Source: Heptranchias perlo
Taxonomy: Eukaryota
NCBI RefSeq assembly: GCF_035084215.1
Contig: NC_090341.1
Coordinates: 55,180,001-55,244,000, forward strand
DNA length: 64,000 bases
Direction: 5' to 3'
A program made the translations under genes and the position numbers. Below the pieces are notes generated by a model. That model had not been told where the DNA came from. It saw only the letters and a program-made list of their open reading frames with translations, and did no database searches. Positions 34,591 through 48,201 of this stretch are shown one piece after another (the first letter of the stretch is position 1; the number at the start of each line of letters is the position of its first letter).

Positions 34591-36744
34591 CTAAAATACC
34601 ACCTATTCGGAGTTAAAAACAGGGTATATCCATTGCGATCAATACGGATTGTAAAAAAGTTAGTTTGTTCCCATTTTCCACCATAAACTCCAGAATTTTT
34701 TCAGGTTAATTAATCAGTATCAACTGATTCTCAATAAAAAAAAGTTTCCGATTCCCCCTGGTCAATGCAAAGACCATCAGGTCCTACGATGCACGCACAT
34801 CGGATTAAAGATGCCATCGTACATGGTGCTTGATGCGTATACTGTACTTGACCCGCATCACCTGCATCATCCAATGTGCAAGACGTCACGAATGTGACAC
34901 ATGTATATGGGACCCAATTTTCAGCACCAAATTCTTTCAGTGGAGAACTTGAGGCGAGTTCAGACTTCAGAGTTATACAGCAGTGGGAGTTGAGTTTATC
35001 CTGGGTATGATTCTCACCCCTCCTCCACTGTACACTGAAAGTTTTTTAATTTTTATTCACTATTGCTGTCCATTTGGTCACTGTCCAATTCTGTTTATTT
35101 GCTGTTTTTTCCCTCTCCACTTCATGAGGTTAGCTGGAAATTTCTCTGTTATTTTGTACATAAAAAAAAACATTTTGCTTAAGTGCTGAAAAGGAAGCAG
35201 AAAAAAGGAATGGAGAACCTATAATGTGGAAAAGTTGTGCTTCAATTAAATAACTGAAGCATAAGGATAGGTTACATTGGGCTTGACTTCATGCAGAAAT
35301 AGATTAGTGGCTCTGGAAATACTTTCGTTCTTTCCCACAGAAGTGTCTGCCTTGAAGGTTTAAAAAAAATTATAGAACTGAAAAATTGAGCATCTGTTCC
35401 TTTTTCTTGCCCATGAATCTGTTGCACTAGCTCCTACCTGTTCTTCACTTCAAACGTGGTGCCTATGGCAGTGTTGTGTGCTGGCTGGGTGCATTGCCTG
35501 TGTTATAGGCCACTTCTAGAGCTGTTTTGGATTGTTGCTATGAAGCTTTAGCTCCATTTAAATAACTCTCAAAATTTGCTTAAACATTTTAAATAAAAAC
35601 AGGTTTTTAAAACTGATTTTGTTCGTTGAAGTCACCCAGATTTGTGGGCTCCAATCCCACTCCCTTTCCTCCCCCACCCCCGGAAAAAAACAAAAAAAAA
35701 TGTTCAAACTGACTTTAAATGATCCTCATCAATTATTGATCTACATTACTACACACCCAGGATGTTACCATACCCACAGCCATTTCTATCTGTGTGCACC
35801 TTGCTGTCTCCTGTATTTACTCACAAAATATGTTCACAATCTCTTGTATATATTCTACAAATATAGGTTATACAGACTGTCTTCACCAGTATGTACCCCC
35901 TGCTGATCCCTACATCCCTAAAGGACTGTAATCACTCATAATTTAGTATATTCATAATCACATATTATACAATAGGGATTTATACAAGAGGAGATTTGTA
36001 CAGTCTGTTTCCCTGAGTGGCGACCTTCCCAGCATGCATTTCCTGTGTAAAAGTATCAAAAGACTTCAGCTGTCTTGGTCCTGCACTCTGGATCTCTCTG
36101 TCGAAGCACCTCTGGCTTACTTCCTCTCTCCATAGCTTCAAAAGATGTCTCTTGAACTATGCTTTTGGTCACTTCATCCAACTCTTACTACTAATGCTCA
36201 GTGCCTGTGTTTTTATTCCTTTTGTTAATCACCTTGGTACATTTATTTCATGAATATGCTTTCTAAGTGCAAGTTTTTGTTGTAATTACTCACACTAACA
36301 AAACCTTCATGCCTCCTCCGTTGCACTAAGTTGCTTTCACTTCCTGCCCATTTTACTATACAGTCCAGAGTCAAGAATGTAAAAGTGTCTCTCAGATGTG
36401 GACACTGTACTGTTGGTCAAGCATTCATTCCTAGTTACTCACACACACTGCAATGGGATGCGATACAGGCCCGGTTGTTCAGACTGTTCGTAGGGTCATT
36501 ACAATATAAATTCATAGCTCAATAAAGAGCCTGAATTGCATTAATCTGACTTGTGGAACACTTTTTAATATAAAATGTGGATTTCCCAGATGGTCATATG
36601 AATTCAAAGAGTACCTTTCAGTGAATAAGCAGCAGGAAAATAAAACAACCAGCAATGAACGAGTAAGGTCCCTGAACATATACCAATCATGAATGGAAAT
36701 GTTGAGTAAATGGGTCACTATTAAACAAAGCAACAACAAGTTAG

Positions 36745-38285
36745 GATACGGGCAGCACAGTTTTGGACGAGCTCAAGTTTATGGAGGGTAGAAAATGGGA
36801 GGCCGGCCAGGAGAGCATTGGAATAGTCGAGCCTGGAGGTAACAAAGGTATGGATGAGGGTTTCAGCAGCAGATGAGCTGAGGCAGGGGCGGCGACGAGG
36901 ACGAGCGATGTAACGGAGGTGGAAGTAGGCGGTCTTGGTGATGGAGCGGATATGTGGTCAGAAGCTTATCTCAGGGTCAAATAGGCCACCGAGGTTGCGA
37001 ACGGTCTGGTTCAGCCTCAGACAGTGGCCTGGGAGAGGGATGGAGTCGGTGGCTAGGGAATGGAGTTTGTGGCAGGGATCAAAGACAATGGCTTCGCTCT
37101 TCCCAATAATTAGTTGGAGGAAATTTTTGCTTATCCAGTACTGGATGTTGGATAAGCAATATGACAAATCAGAGACAGTGGAGGGGTTGAGAGAGGTGGT
37201 TGTGAGGTAGAGCTGGGTGTCGTCAGCATACATGTGGAATCTGACGTCGTGTTTTCGGATGATGTCGTCGAGGGGGCAGCATGTAGATGAGAACTAGAAG
37301 GGGGGGGTCAAGGATAGATACTTGGGGGACTCCAGAGGTAACGGTGCGGGAGCAGGAAGAGAAGCCATTGCAGGTGATTCTCTGGCTACAACTGGATAGA
37401 TAAGAATGGAACCAGGCGAGCGCAGTCCCTCCCAGCTGGAAGGAGGCGAAGAGGTGTTGGAGGAGGATGGTGTGGTCAACCGTGTCAAAGGCTGCAGACA
37501 GGTCGAGAAGGATGAGGAGGGATAGTTTACCACGGTCACAGTCACACAGGATGTCATTTGTGACTTTGGTAAGGGCTGTTTCAGTACTGTGGCTGGGGCG
37601 GAAACCTGATTGGTGGGGTTCAAACATGGAGTTGCGGGAAAGATGGGCACGGATTTGGGAGGTGGCAACACGTTCAAGGACTTTGGAGAGGAAAGGGAGA
37701 TTGGAGATGGGGTGGTAGTTTGCAAGGACAGAGGGCTCAAGGTTGGATTTTTGGGGAGGGGTTGATGATGGCAGATTTGAAGGGGAGGGGACAGTACCTG
37801 AGGAGCGGGAAATGTTAACAATATCAGCTAACATGGGGACCAGGAAGGGAAGTTGGGTGGTCAGAGGTTTGGTGGGAATAGGGTCGAGGGAGCAGGAGGT
37901 AGGTCTCATGGTCAAAATGAGCTCGGAGAGAGCATGAGGGGAGATAGGAGAGAAACTAGATAAAGATGTGAGTTCAGGGCTAGGGCTGATCCATAGAGGA
38001 AGTTTGGCTTGGTGAGCTAGGGGAAGGGAGGGAAGCAGCAGAGGCAGCTGAACGGATGGTCTCAATCTTAATGACAAAGTCCATGAGCTCCTCGCACTTT
38101 TGTTGGAGGTGAGGGTGGAGGAGGCAGGGGAGTAGGGTTTAAGAAGATGGTTTGTAGTGGAGAAGAGAAGCCGGGGTTATCTTTGCATTCCAGGATGTTC
38201 CTGGAATAGTGAGCAGTTTTGGCAGAGGAGACCAGGACCCAATAGTGCTTTATGTGTTCCACCCAGATTTGGCGATGAATGGCTA
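36745..38285 (-). mobile_element. L2 LINE RT region
   Basis: PTSCSLDPIPTK, NYHPISNLPFLSKVLE, QSGFRPSHSTETAL, LLDLSAAFDTVDH, GVPQ, YADDTQLY. Confidence 0.93.
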
Positions 38286-41200
38286 ATCCCGTTGGTCCGC
38301 CATAAACGTTCAAGCAGACAGGATTACAGGACTTAGCAGCTTCAGAACCTTCTCTGATTACATACCAGAGCAATGTTGAGAGATCAGACTTGACAGAACC
38401 TCCCGTCAGGCAGCAATCTATATCTTGCTGCTCAACAGACCTGAGAATCTAAAAGGTAATCTAATGGTACTGGTCTTGGCCCATGAATACAAAGAGAATT
38501 TGGCATTACCCATTGGCCTTAATACTCTACACAAAGAAACTTCAGGATTGTCCAACAAAGAGTCACAATCTCTGTAAAACACTGGAGATTTGAGAGGATT
38601 CCGAGGGGGAGACGCTACCTGCTTTAGTATGACAGTAAATTGCAATTTTATAGGACTCATGGTAGTGGATTGTTTAATTCATCAGAAAATGACACCCTTT
38701 TCTACCCCCTCCCAGATATATATCTGAAAACAATTTCACAATGAGTGCCCTGCATTTAGATTAAAAATATATACATGTTCCCATCCCCAAACTAAACCCT
38801 GTGCATTAAACGGCAGTAGGAACAGCACAGAAATATCAGAGCTGACTTTTGCTCGAGGTCTTGTACCTCTAATACTCCAGTTAGACTGCTATATTTGCAC
38901 TGATGCAAATAGTTTTAGGCGCTTATTTCAAAAGCGATAGCGTAGCCCTACAATAGGGCCCCGATCAGACTCTGGGATGCACCAAAGCTAAGCAGTGTGA
39001 AATTTCTTGCAGACTTTTTGAGCTCTACACCATATGCGGTATAACTTGAGTCTGGTGTGAGGATGGGTTTAAAAAGTGCTCGGGTGGTCCATTGGATTTT
39101 CTGGGTACTTTATAAATTCATCATTGAGTCTAATGTTATGAGAAGGTGGACACTCCCACCCATGCTCTGCTAATAAAAACAGCCACAAAGAGAGCAGGGC
39201 TCTGCATGTACAGAATTATCTCCTACCAGGCAAAGCACGGTTTGCAGCCACAACATAACCAAGTGCTTCACACTTGTATAGCTACTAGCCTCAGACCAAT
39301 AGTGCAGTATAAATGCAGCCTTAGTAACACCGATGGTCCATTGAGTGTTAAGGTCCCTGAAAATTCTTCACAACACCTCTCCAAAGCAATGTACAAATCA
39401 TTGTGCATACCCCAACATCAGAAACAGTGTCTGAAAAGTACAACGGCAATCCTCCCATCCCTATATTTTATGGAATTCCTTGCGAACATAGATATAAGCA
39501 AGTTATTTTCCTGAGATCAACTAAGGTACGGATTTTCCATACTTACAAAAATAGCCACGGGGATTCCTTGAAGGCAGGTTTGTTGTACAACTGCTCATCG
39601 CAGGGAGCAAAAATCAAAATGGTAAAAGGGGAGAGAAGAGAAAAATAAAGAAGGAAACAGTGGGAAGAAATAAACAAGACACAGAAACCACTAGAAATGA
39701 AAACAGGAAGAAGCAAAGCAACCAAGAAAGAAGCTGTGTGAGAATAAACACGTTATAAATATTTTAGCACAACTGTTAAATAAACATCAATAGGCCCAAG
39801 TGATAAGATAGACAAGAAAATAGTTTCACTGCAATTACTAGGCATAGATCATTGCTTGGAAAAAATGAAATGGACCGAGTTGATGGCTTTATTTGCAATC
39901 CCCCATTATTAGATCTATCCATCCTGCATGCCTTGGGGCGGGGAGGAATTCACACTCATTGTGTTAAGAACACAACGTGGGACCGAAAAAGCAATAGTAC
40001 AAAATGTCATAGCCTTGTAGCAAAAGACATCTTATCAAACACATCGCACAGCCCTATAACTCTGAAGTACTGTATTATTTCTCTGTTTAAAAAAAACCGT
40101 GAGCCGACTTCATACTACTGGCCTAATAGCAACCCTCCAAAAAGAGGCCACTTGCTTTGAAGCATAATCACATGAAAAGTTTATAAGCCACAATAGATGC
40201 GAACTCGGAAGAAAACCTCATGACGGTAGCATACCCACGGTCTGAAGGGCTTTCAATAGCAGCACACCTTTTCAAATACGTCATAGGCGTCACACTTCCA
40301 AAGGGCAAACAAAGTGATTGTCTCAAATAAATATTTACAGTTAAGTTACCAAATATCCAATCAACTATTTCTGAACAAACAAAATACCAATGAGGAATGA
40401 GTAACCAGCAAAAAACAAGCAATCAAATCCTCATTTTTTTTCCAAAGCTATTATCATTCACAAATCGAACAAACCAAAACCAATCAAATCACCCAAATAA
40501 TTTAAATCACAACCATCTTATTTCTTCTCTCAGGTCAATGTATAAAGCTAGAAACAATGTTTAGAATATAACAAACATAAATGCATTAGACAGTTCTCAC
40601 GAAACAGATCCATAGAATTGATCATTTACGCTATAATTAACTGCAAAAAGTTTCTCCCACATACAACTGCCTTTCTAACTGGAGCCTAGAGCCTAAGTTA
40701 GAAATTTCACCTGGGCCCTGGGTGGTGGGGATTTGCAGATGCTGTGGACAAATTGCAGACAAGAGATTCTCACTCTATTCCTGTGGAACTAGAATACCTA
40801 AAATGTATTGAGAGAATTTGGCAGAAAATGTACAAATAACTGAGGGCCAAATTTTTGTCTTTTATGTAGTTTAAACAATAAATAAAATTCTGAGCCAATG
40901 TTGTTGTTAGGACAAGATTTTTTTGTGTCATTCAGGGGCCCGATTGCAGCAGAGACGGTGGGAAGGGTATTTGAAGGAGTGCTTTGATGCTGATCTTGGA
41001 TATTTTGACTGGAATCCGGCAGTCAAGCCTGGACCACGGCAAATGAACATCTGTTCAAGTGCTGGTTATTGATTATTGAATGAGAGTGTGAAAACAAATT
41101 ATGGCTTGTGCTACATCAACAATAGATTCAGCATTAACTATAAATCCACTGTGGAAAATAGGGAGAGAAAAAAAATCCCTAATAATCATATAAATAACTG

Positions 41201-41744
41201 AGGAGATGGATGGATTTAGTGTGAGGGGAGCAGAATAAACAAATTAAGTACTTGCACCTTAAGCAAGTACTACAAACCTATTTTGGGAGTTAGTGCAAAA
41301 AAGTAAATATTTTATAATGTAAAACAATGGGAATAAAGATTTTGGGAACGAAAAAAGTTACTTGCATCTTAAGCAAGTTTTGTACTGGGTCAGGTATTTC
41401 AGTATTTTTACATTTCAGTATCAAAGGTATATATTTTTGCCTCATCATATATTTTTTCAGTAAGTGTGCTGTATTGCAGTGATGATGAGCTGCAGCAGAA
41501 CCAGACTAAACATCTGAAACCACACTCCAGGTCCTGTACCATTTGTGGGCAACACCATGGGGAATCTACTGGTAACATAATACTTGCATTACCACGTTGA
41601 AACCAAAGAGTTACACAATGAAACTCAAAGATCATTATGTAGATACCTCTACCCCACACACTCACTGCACTGGTTTGTCCGTCGAGTAGTACATGTCAAA
41701 ACAACTCGTTTTGTGACATTACCTTCCTCCTTTGTCACAAGATT

Positions 41745-42139
41745 GCTATTAGTAATATTCCTATTGCGGGGGAAAGAATCAATTCTTCAGTGAACAACCT
41801 TCCTCCTACACACAGAATTCTGACAAATTACTGCAAAATCAGAGGCTGCTGTTAATTTTGCTCATTACTATCTTTTGGCAAAGAAACTACAGCAGATAAT
41901 GCATTTTAAAAAAAAATATTTGCATTTAACAATCTATCCCTACTCATTAATAATCCTCTTGAAAGTTCATGGAGGTTTTATGGATCCTGACATCTAGTAC
42001 AGAAAGATAAAGGTCATTCTAACTAGGGATGCTGTTGTGCGGGGTTAGATATTCACAAAGCCCACAGTAAATTCCCATTTATACATTAAATGACTCAATT
42101 TATTCTTACTTCGTCTCATATTTTCTACTTTCAGGCTGC
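41745..42139 (+). repeat. Unclassified dispersed repeat, copy 2 (homologous to ~23660-24024)
   Basis: Same colinear conserved blocks as copy 1. Confidence 0.75.
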
Positions 42140-44619
42140 CTGCCAGAAGAATCACTCCTCCTTCACCTCCTGCCAACAGGTTGTGCAATCTGAACTTCGA
42201 AATTTAGACACCTGCCTCTGCCTGAGCAAGGATAGAATTACAGCCATGGAAAGGTAAAGAAAAACATTAAGTACAAAATGAAATAAGAAAAGGGATTCAA
42301 AATGGAAGACAGGACGAAAAACAATTTAAAGAAAAAAGGTTCATGAAAAGTAAATGATTAAGAAAATGACCATGGTGTTTTGCACTGAAAAAATATTCTC
42401 TGGGGCATATCCGGAACAGTAAATTAACATAAGCTGCTTTTACATTCCTCAACCTGTGTCACACCCACGCTAGTGCTGCTGGGTTCCTGGTCGGTCTTGG
42501 CAAGTCCTGACAGTTTTACATTCGGCTTTCAGTCAGCTGCTTGAAACCCACACCTCTGGGAATCCAAGGCCATACACAGGTCTCGCACAGTGAAAAGGCA
42601 GCTACAGTGCACTTCCACCTCAGAGACCTGGGATCTAATCTAGCTGAAACTCTGCCAATTGCAAGGAATTTAATTGGCTTTAAGCGTTAGAGCTGGCACA
42701 TGAGCTGATGTGGTGTTAAGGTGCAATAATTTTGATGGCTAGTGTTTAGAGTTGGCTCGAACTTTTTCTCATGCTCCTAAAACTGCTCCCGAGAATAAAC
42801 TGATATGACACACGATACCTTGCCAACCAGCCGTTAACGAGTTTATTGCTTGCCCGTCAAGGAACTATTAGTGAGAAAACCATGAACTTGCTCATTTCCT
42901 TGATTCTCACCGCAAAAATTTCACACAATTCAACAACTGCTTGCATTTATATAGCATCTTTAACGTAGAAAAATGGCCTGAGGCACTTCACAGAAGCCTG
43001 ATGAAAAAAGCTGGTATAGAAGAGTGAACAGTCAGCAACTTACATTTATATATAGTGCTTCTCATGTATAGGAATGCTGCAGTGCGCTTTACAGGGCGGA
43101 GATGTGCACTCTGACCAGGAAATAAAGGGATCTCAGGGTGGGTGGAACTAGCTACACGGCCAAATAAATAGGTTTTTAAAGAATTTGAAAGACAGGTCAA
43201 TTTAGGAAGCGCAAGAAGCCATGGGGGACAGGGGTGCACAGGTCAGGTCTTGGACCGCAGAGTCCTGGATTAGCTGAAGTTTGTGAAGCATAGTCCATTT
43301 CAACGACTGGTAAACATATCTGTATTTTTTAGCCTATTGTAATATTTCTGAATTATTCTCATTACCTCGCTTTTGTGCTCTATTTCCAACAAGTTAGTGG
43401 ATAAATCCCAGTTAGCGATAGTCTTCTATGAAACTATTCAGGCAAATATGGCTGACACCTGCAAGTTCCTTGGGTAGGCATTTTTTTAGTTATGGAAGAT
43501 AAATGGCAGTCACAACAACATGTAATGATCCTCGTTGCTTACCTTTGTGACTAATTGCTGTAAGGAAACCAGCCTGTAAGAATCTGGTGGGCCCTACTTC
43601 CACCTTCTACTCCTGCTTCATGCAGGCGTTCTGGACATTTGGGGCAACAGAGGAGGGACTGACAGGAATTCCAATGGGTGACATCATCCCAATGGTCCCG
43701 CCTCCAGCCAGGGCATCAATGTCATAGGGAGCAGACACAGAATCCACCTGCCTGCCCCCAGGAAACCCTAGAGCTGCTCTAACAGGGTGGAGTCCAGGCA
43801 TCAATGTGTCCCACCCAGAATCGGTCTCTGCCCACCAGGTTTTCAGGGCCTCTGTTTATTCGTGTGGTGCCCTTCCAATCCATTGAGGCCATTTCACTAT
43901 TCACTCACGCCACCAACAAGCTGCAGGCCTTATCTGTGAATCAAACTTGCCACGAATACATGAATTTGTGCCTGCTAGGAGAGCCAGTGGGCAATTCAGC
44001 AGTATAATTGCAGCTACATTCTGGTTGGTGCTGAGTTGTAACTCGCTAAATCCCCAGGAAAGTGCGCTGAATAAACTTGTGCTTTTCTGCTATTACACAA
44101 AACAAAATCAACTCTCAATTATTGCAAGAGCAACAAATTAAACCCTTAAAAGTTCTAATTTAAGCAGTCACAACTTAATTGCTACTGGATACATGTCCAC
44201 GCACAAAGCTAGATATCTCACTGAGAGATGCCATAAGAACGGTTGGTATAGTAATGTAAAAGTGACGATTCTCCCAAGGTAGGAACGTAGACACAGTAAC
44301 TGGGCAGTGTGGAGGGATCTTAAACGTGTTACACTTGACCTAAGAATGATTAATGGCTCCAGTAATGGAAAGTTATACCCATTCACCAGAATTAACAAAC
44401 CTCATCTGAAATGAGTGAAAAATTTGGAAAAAAACAAAAATGACCACCAGCAATGGTATTTTAAAAAGCCATTTTCAGGAACTTCATAGTTCTGCAACAG
44501 TCTCATTGAACAGCTCATTCTAAAAATGACCCTCTGATGATCACCACCTGGAAATACTAAAATAACTGGTTGGTGGGAGCTTGAATATAAAATGCATATT
44601 ATATATATTCCCACTTTGC

Positions 44620-44970
44620 TACACAGAGACTGTATTAAGCACACCCGGTCACATATAGAATGGGTCAGATGCAGAGCAATAAGCCTTGATCCCAATATCA
44701 GAATGCAGTCTCCCACTACAGCAGGTGTGACTTTTCTCATTTCCCACACTACTCTTGTGATCTCAATGAATGCCACTGGCAATTAGTGCTGAATTATGGG
44801 CAGTTTACTGCTGTGGACTCACACATGTCAGGAAGTGCAATGACTAATTCATTTCACTTGGGACCCTTTCAGCAATGAGGGCTGAAATACTCCCTCAGGC
44901 TGGACTGAATTAGAACCTAAATCCTAGAGATGAAAAAACAGCATTGTAGCCCACCATACCACCAGTCTCC
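44620..44970 (-). mobile_element. LF-SINE-like SINE copy
   Basis: Reverse complement reads tttcatctctaggatttaggttctaattcagtccagcc...aagggtcccaagtgaaatgaa...agcactaattgcc. Confidence 0.5.
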
Positions 44971-45054
44971 TTAAACTCAGGAGCCTTACCAGTTAACAAA
45001 TGGAGTCAACACCCAACCCCATTCTGGTTTAGATCCCAACTCAAAGAAAAAAAG

Positions 45055-45145
45055 ACTTGCATTTATATAGCGCTTTTCAGGACGTCCCAAAGCGCTTTAC
45101 AGCCAATGAGGTTTTTTTTGAAGTGCCATCACTGTTGTAATGTAA
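45055..45145 (-). repeat. Deu-SINE 3' tail fragment
   Basis: gacttgcatttatatagcgc..cccaaagcgctttacagccaatga is the reverse complement of the SINE tail at 52570-52670. Confidence 0.7.
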
Positions 45146-45939
45146 CTCAGAGTTAAAAAGATTGCCGATCTCAGAAACTGTTTAGGAAGTACTTCTGGAA
45201 TCAGAGGCAGTTTTTCAGAGAAATAAATGTCACAAAAATATTCTCATGCTATCAGTATCTAGGAACTATTAAAAATAAAAGAGAATACTGCTGAGGATAT
45301 ATTTAAGTAGGGAATCCTGTATTTTTACATTTTAAAGAGATGGCTATGGTCAGCTCATCCCAGTTTCTGTTTGGTTAGAATTCTCAGTAGTGGACTCTGC
45401 AGGGAGACCTCCTACAGGCTGGAGCCTTGACCCCCAGGACTAATTAACAAACCTGTTTAAAAGACCAGCACTGTAATTTATTCCCTGCTGTCAGCACAAT
45501 GCGGGCAATTGGCTCTCCAGAATGAATCGAATGCCTGCAAGCAATGTGGCAGCTTCCCCCCCGCTCCTGGATGGAGAGCATTGAGTGTTACCGCTCGACA
45601 TATGCAGATGGCAAAAAGCAGAATGGGGTGACAAAAACACAGCACCTGCAGATTACAGAAAGCACTGCACCAGCTGCTCTCTGCTTTCAAAATGTCACCG
45701 GATGCCTTCGTTCCATACGCGACAGGATCGGGAAAAACACTTATGAAAGATTCTGATTGGCTGAGGCCTTTTCATAATTGCCACAAAACTAATTCCCATC
45801 GCCCCCCCCTCACTTTCAGGAAGTTGATGTTTCATTCAGTCATTGCAGTTGCAAAATCTCCCAGAGAAGGGAAGATAAGAGAGAAATAAAGACACTCACC
45901 CAGTCATTTTAAACTCCAAAAAGTATTTAGATTCTTGGT

Positions 45940-46285
45940 TGGATTCCAACTCTAGTTGGACCTATTCCTAGAGGTTTCATCACGTGACCTGCCGCCTCCA
46001 ACCACCCCACCCAATTAAGCAGCCTTTTTCCCATCTCCAATATTTTCAGAACTAAAACAAAAGTTTTCAAAGAAAATGAACACAATTTTTTTTAATGCCC
46101 CTATGATTCTTCTCCCAGTTGAGTGCAGCAGACTCCTGAAAATTAATCTTTAAATCTTTAATCAGGGCGGGCACTCCAGCACCCCCACTCATTGCACTTC
46201 CTTCTCGTCTGTCTATCAGGTCATATGAAGGTAAATCACCAGGCAAAGTTCCCTCTTCATCTGTAATAAGGTTGTCACCGGTCTG
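45940..46285 (-). mobile_element. Non-autonomous DNA transposon-like repeat (inverted relative of 22500-22846)
   Basis: ccaactctagttggacctattcctagagg...cccatctccaatatttt...cccctatgatt...gactcctgaaaattaatctttaa. Confidence 0.55.
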
Positions 46286-46901
46286 GTTTTGTACTCTACC
46301 ATCTAGTTTTTTCTGGGCTGTTAGAGAATTTCTAAAATGTAAACCAGATGCCAAAAGTCAGATTTGCGATACAGAAGTCAACCTTGCCTACTTCCTTCTC
46401 TGTCGATCACTGAGGTTATCAATTAATTTTCATCAGCAGCTAAGCAAATCTCAGAACGCCAGCCCTTCTCAATCACTTTGTCCGGTCTCGGACTTAACAA
46501 AAGGTAGCAACACGAGGCGTGAATAGAGTGGAGCTCCATCATATTCAATACGTCAGGGAGACAAAAAGCCATATACAGCCAAAGCTGGGCAGTGCTGTGG
46601 GAGCACTAGGGCTGTGTCAGTTTCAGTCTGTGTCAGAATGGTGGGGGAGGGAGAAACAAACTGAACTGTTGCAATTTAACAAACTTACATACTCCAAAGG
46701 TCACACTGCTCAGCCCCAGCAGATGACACTCGTGCAATCAGATTTCACTTGGGACACTTTATTTAAATATTCTGGACATATCTATTGATGACGTAAATTT
46801 TAAATCATTGCTGTTTTTGTTGCACTTAAGAGCTGCATGGAAATGGCAACATCCCATAAATACTCCCATGACAACCAATGTCCTCCATTGCATAATTTTA
46901 A

Positions 46902-48201
46902 GACCATAAGAGATAGGAGCAGGAGTAGGCCATTCGGCCCCTCGAGTCTGCTCCGCCATTCAATGAGATCATGGCTGATCTGATTTTTACCTCAACTCCA
47001 CTTTCCTGCCTTTTCCCCATATCCTTTGACTCTCTCGCTGATCAAAAATTTGTCTAACTCAGCCTTGAACGTATTCAATGACTCAGCCTCCACAGCTTTC
47101 TGGGGTTAATAATTCCAAAGATTGACGACCCTCTGGGAGAAGAAATTCCTCCTCATTTCCATCTTAAACGGGCGACCCCTTATTCTGAGACTATGCCCCC
47201 TAGTTTTAGATTCCCCCATGAGAGGTAACATCCTCTCAGCATCTACCCTATCGAGTCCCCTCAGGATCTTGTATGTTTCGATAAGGTCTCCTCTCATTCT
47301 TCTAAACTCCAGAGTATAGACCCAATCTGTTCAATCTTTCTTCATAAGACAACCCTTCCATACCCGGAATCAACCTAGTGAACCTTCTCTGAACTGCCTC
47401 CAATGCAAGTATGTCCTTCCTTAAATAAGGGCACCAGAACTGTACGCAGTACTCCAGGTTTGGTCTCACCAGCACCCCGTACAGTTGTAGCATAACTTCC
47501 CTGCTTTTATACTCCATCCCCCTAGAAATAAAGGCCAATATTCTGTTTGCCTTCCGGATTACCTGCTGCACCTGTACGTTGACTTTTTGTGTTTCATGTA
47601 CGAGGACACCCAGATCCCTCTGTACCGCAGCATTTTGTAGTACTTCTCCATTCAAATAATATTTTGCTTTTTTATTTTTCCCTCCCAAAGTGGATGACTT
47701 CACATTTTCCCACATTATATTCCATCTGCCAAATTTTTGCCCACTTAACCTGTCAATATACCTTTGCAGACAGTTTGTGTCCTCATCACAACTTGCTTTT
47801 CCACCTATCTTTGTATCATCAGCAAATTTGGCCACAAGACACTCTGTTCCTTCATCCAAGTCACTGATATATATTGTAAATAGTTGAGGCCCCAGCACTG
47901 ATCCCTGCGGTACCCCACTAGTTACAGATTGCCATTGTCCTGCTACTACTTCCTTAATAATGGATTCTAGCATTTTCCCAATGACAGATGTTAGGCTAAC
48001 TGGTCCATATTTACCTGCTTTCTGTCTCACTCCCTTCTTGAATAGGGGTGTTACGTTTGCGGTTTTCCAACCCGCTGGGATCTTTCTAGAATCTAGTGAA
48101 TTCTGGAAGATTACAACCAATGCGTCCACTATCTCTGTAGCCACTTCCTTAAAGACCCTCAGATGCAATCCATCAGGTCCAGGGGACTCGTCAGCCTTTA
48201 G
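46902..48201 (-). mobile_element. CR1 LINE with internal deletion
   Basis: SPGPDGLH, WKTANVTPLFKKG, then a jump to VTSGVPQGSVLGP, KFADDTK and LVRPNLEYCVQFW. CR1 3' UTR present. Confidence 0.92.

Noticed and set aside
42135-42253. Plus-strand coding exon (good acceptor, open frame AACQKNHSSF..., aag|gtaaag donor)
   Set aside because: No recognisable homology or partner exons, and the paralogous site at 24020 diverges immediately. Kept only as part of the duplicated-block finding.
43607-43804. GC-rich 65-aa ORF as a host exon
   Set aside because: No recognisable domain or consistent splice pair; more likely a decayed repeat.
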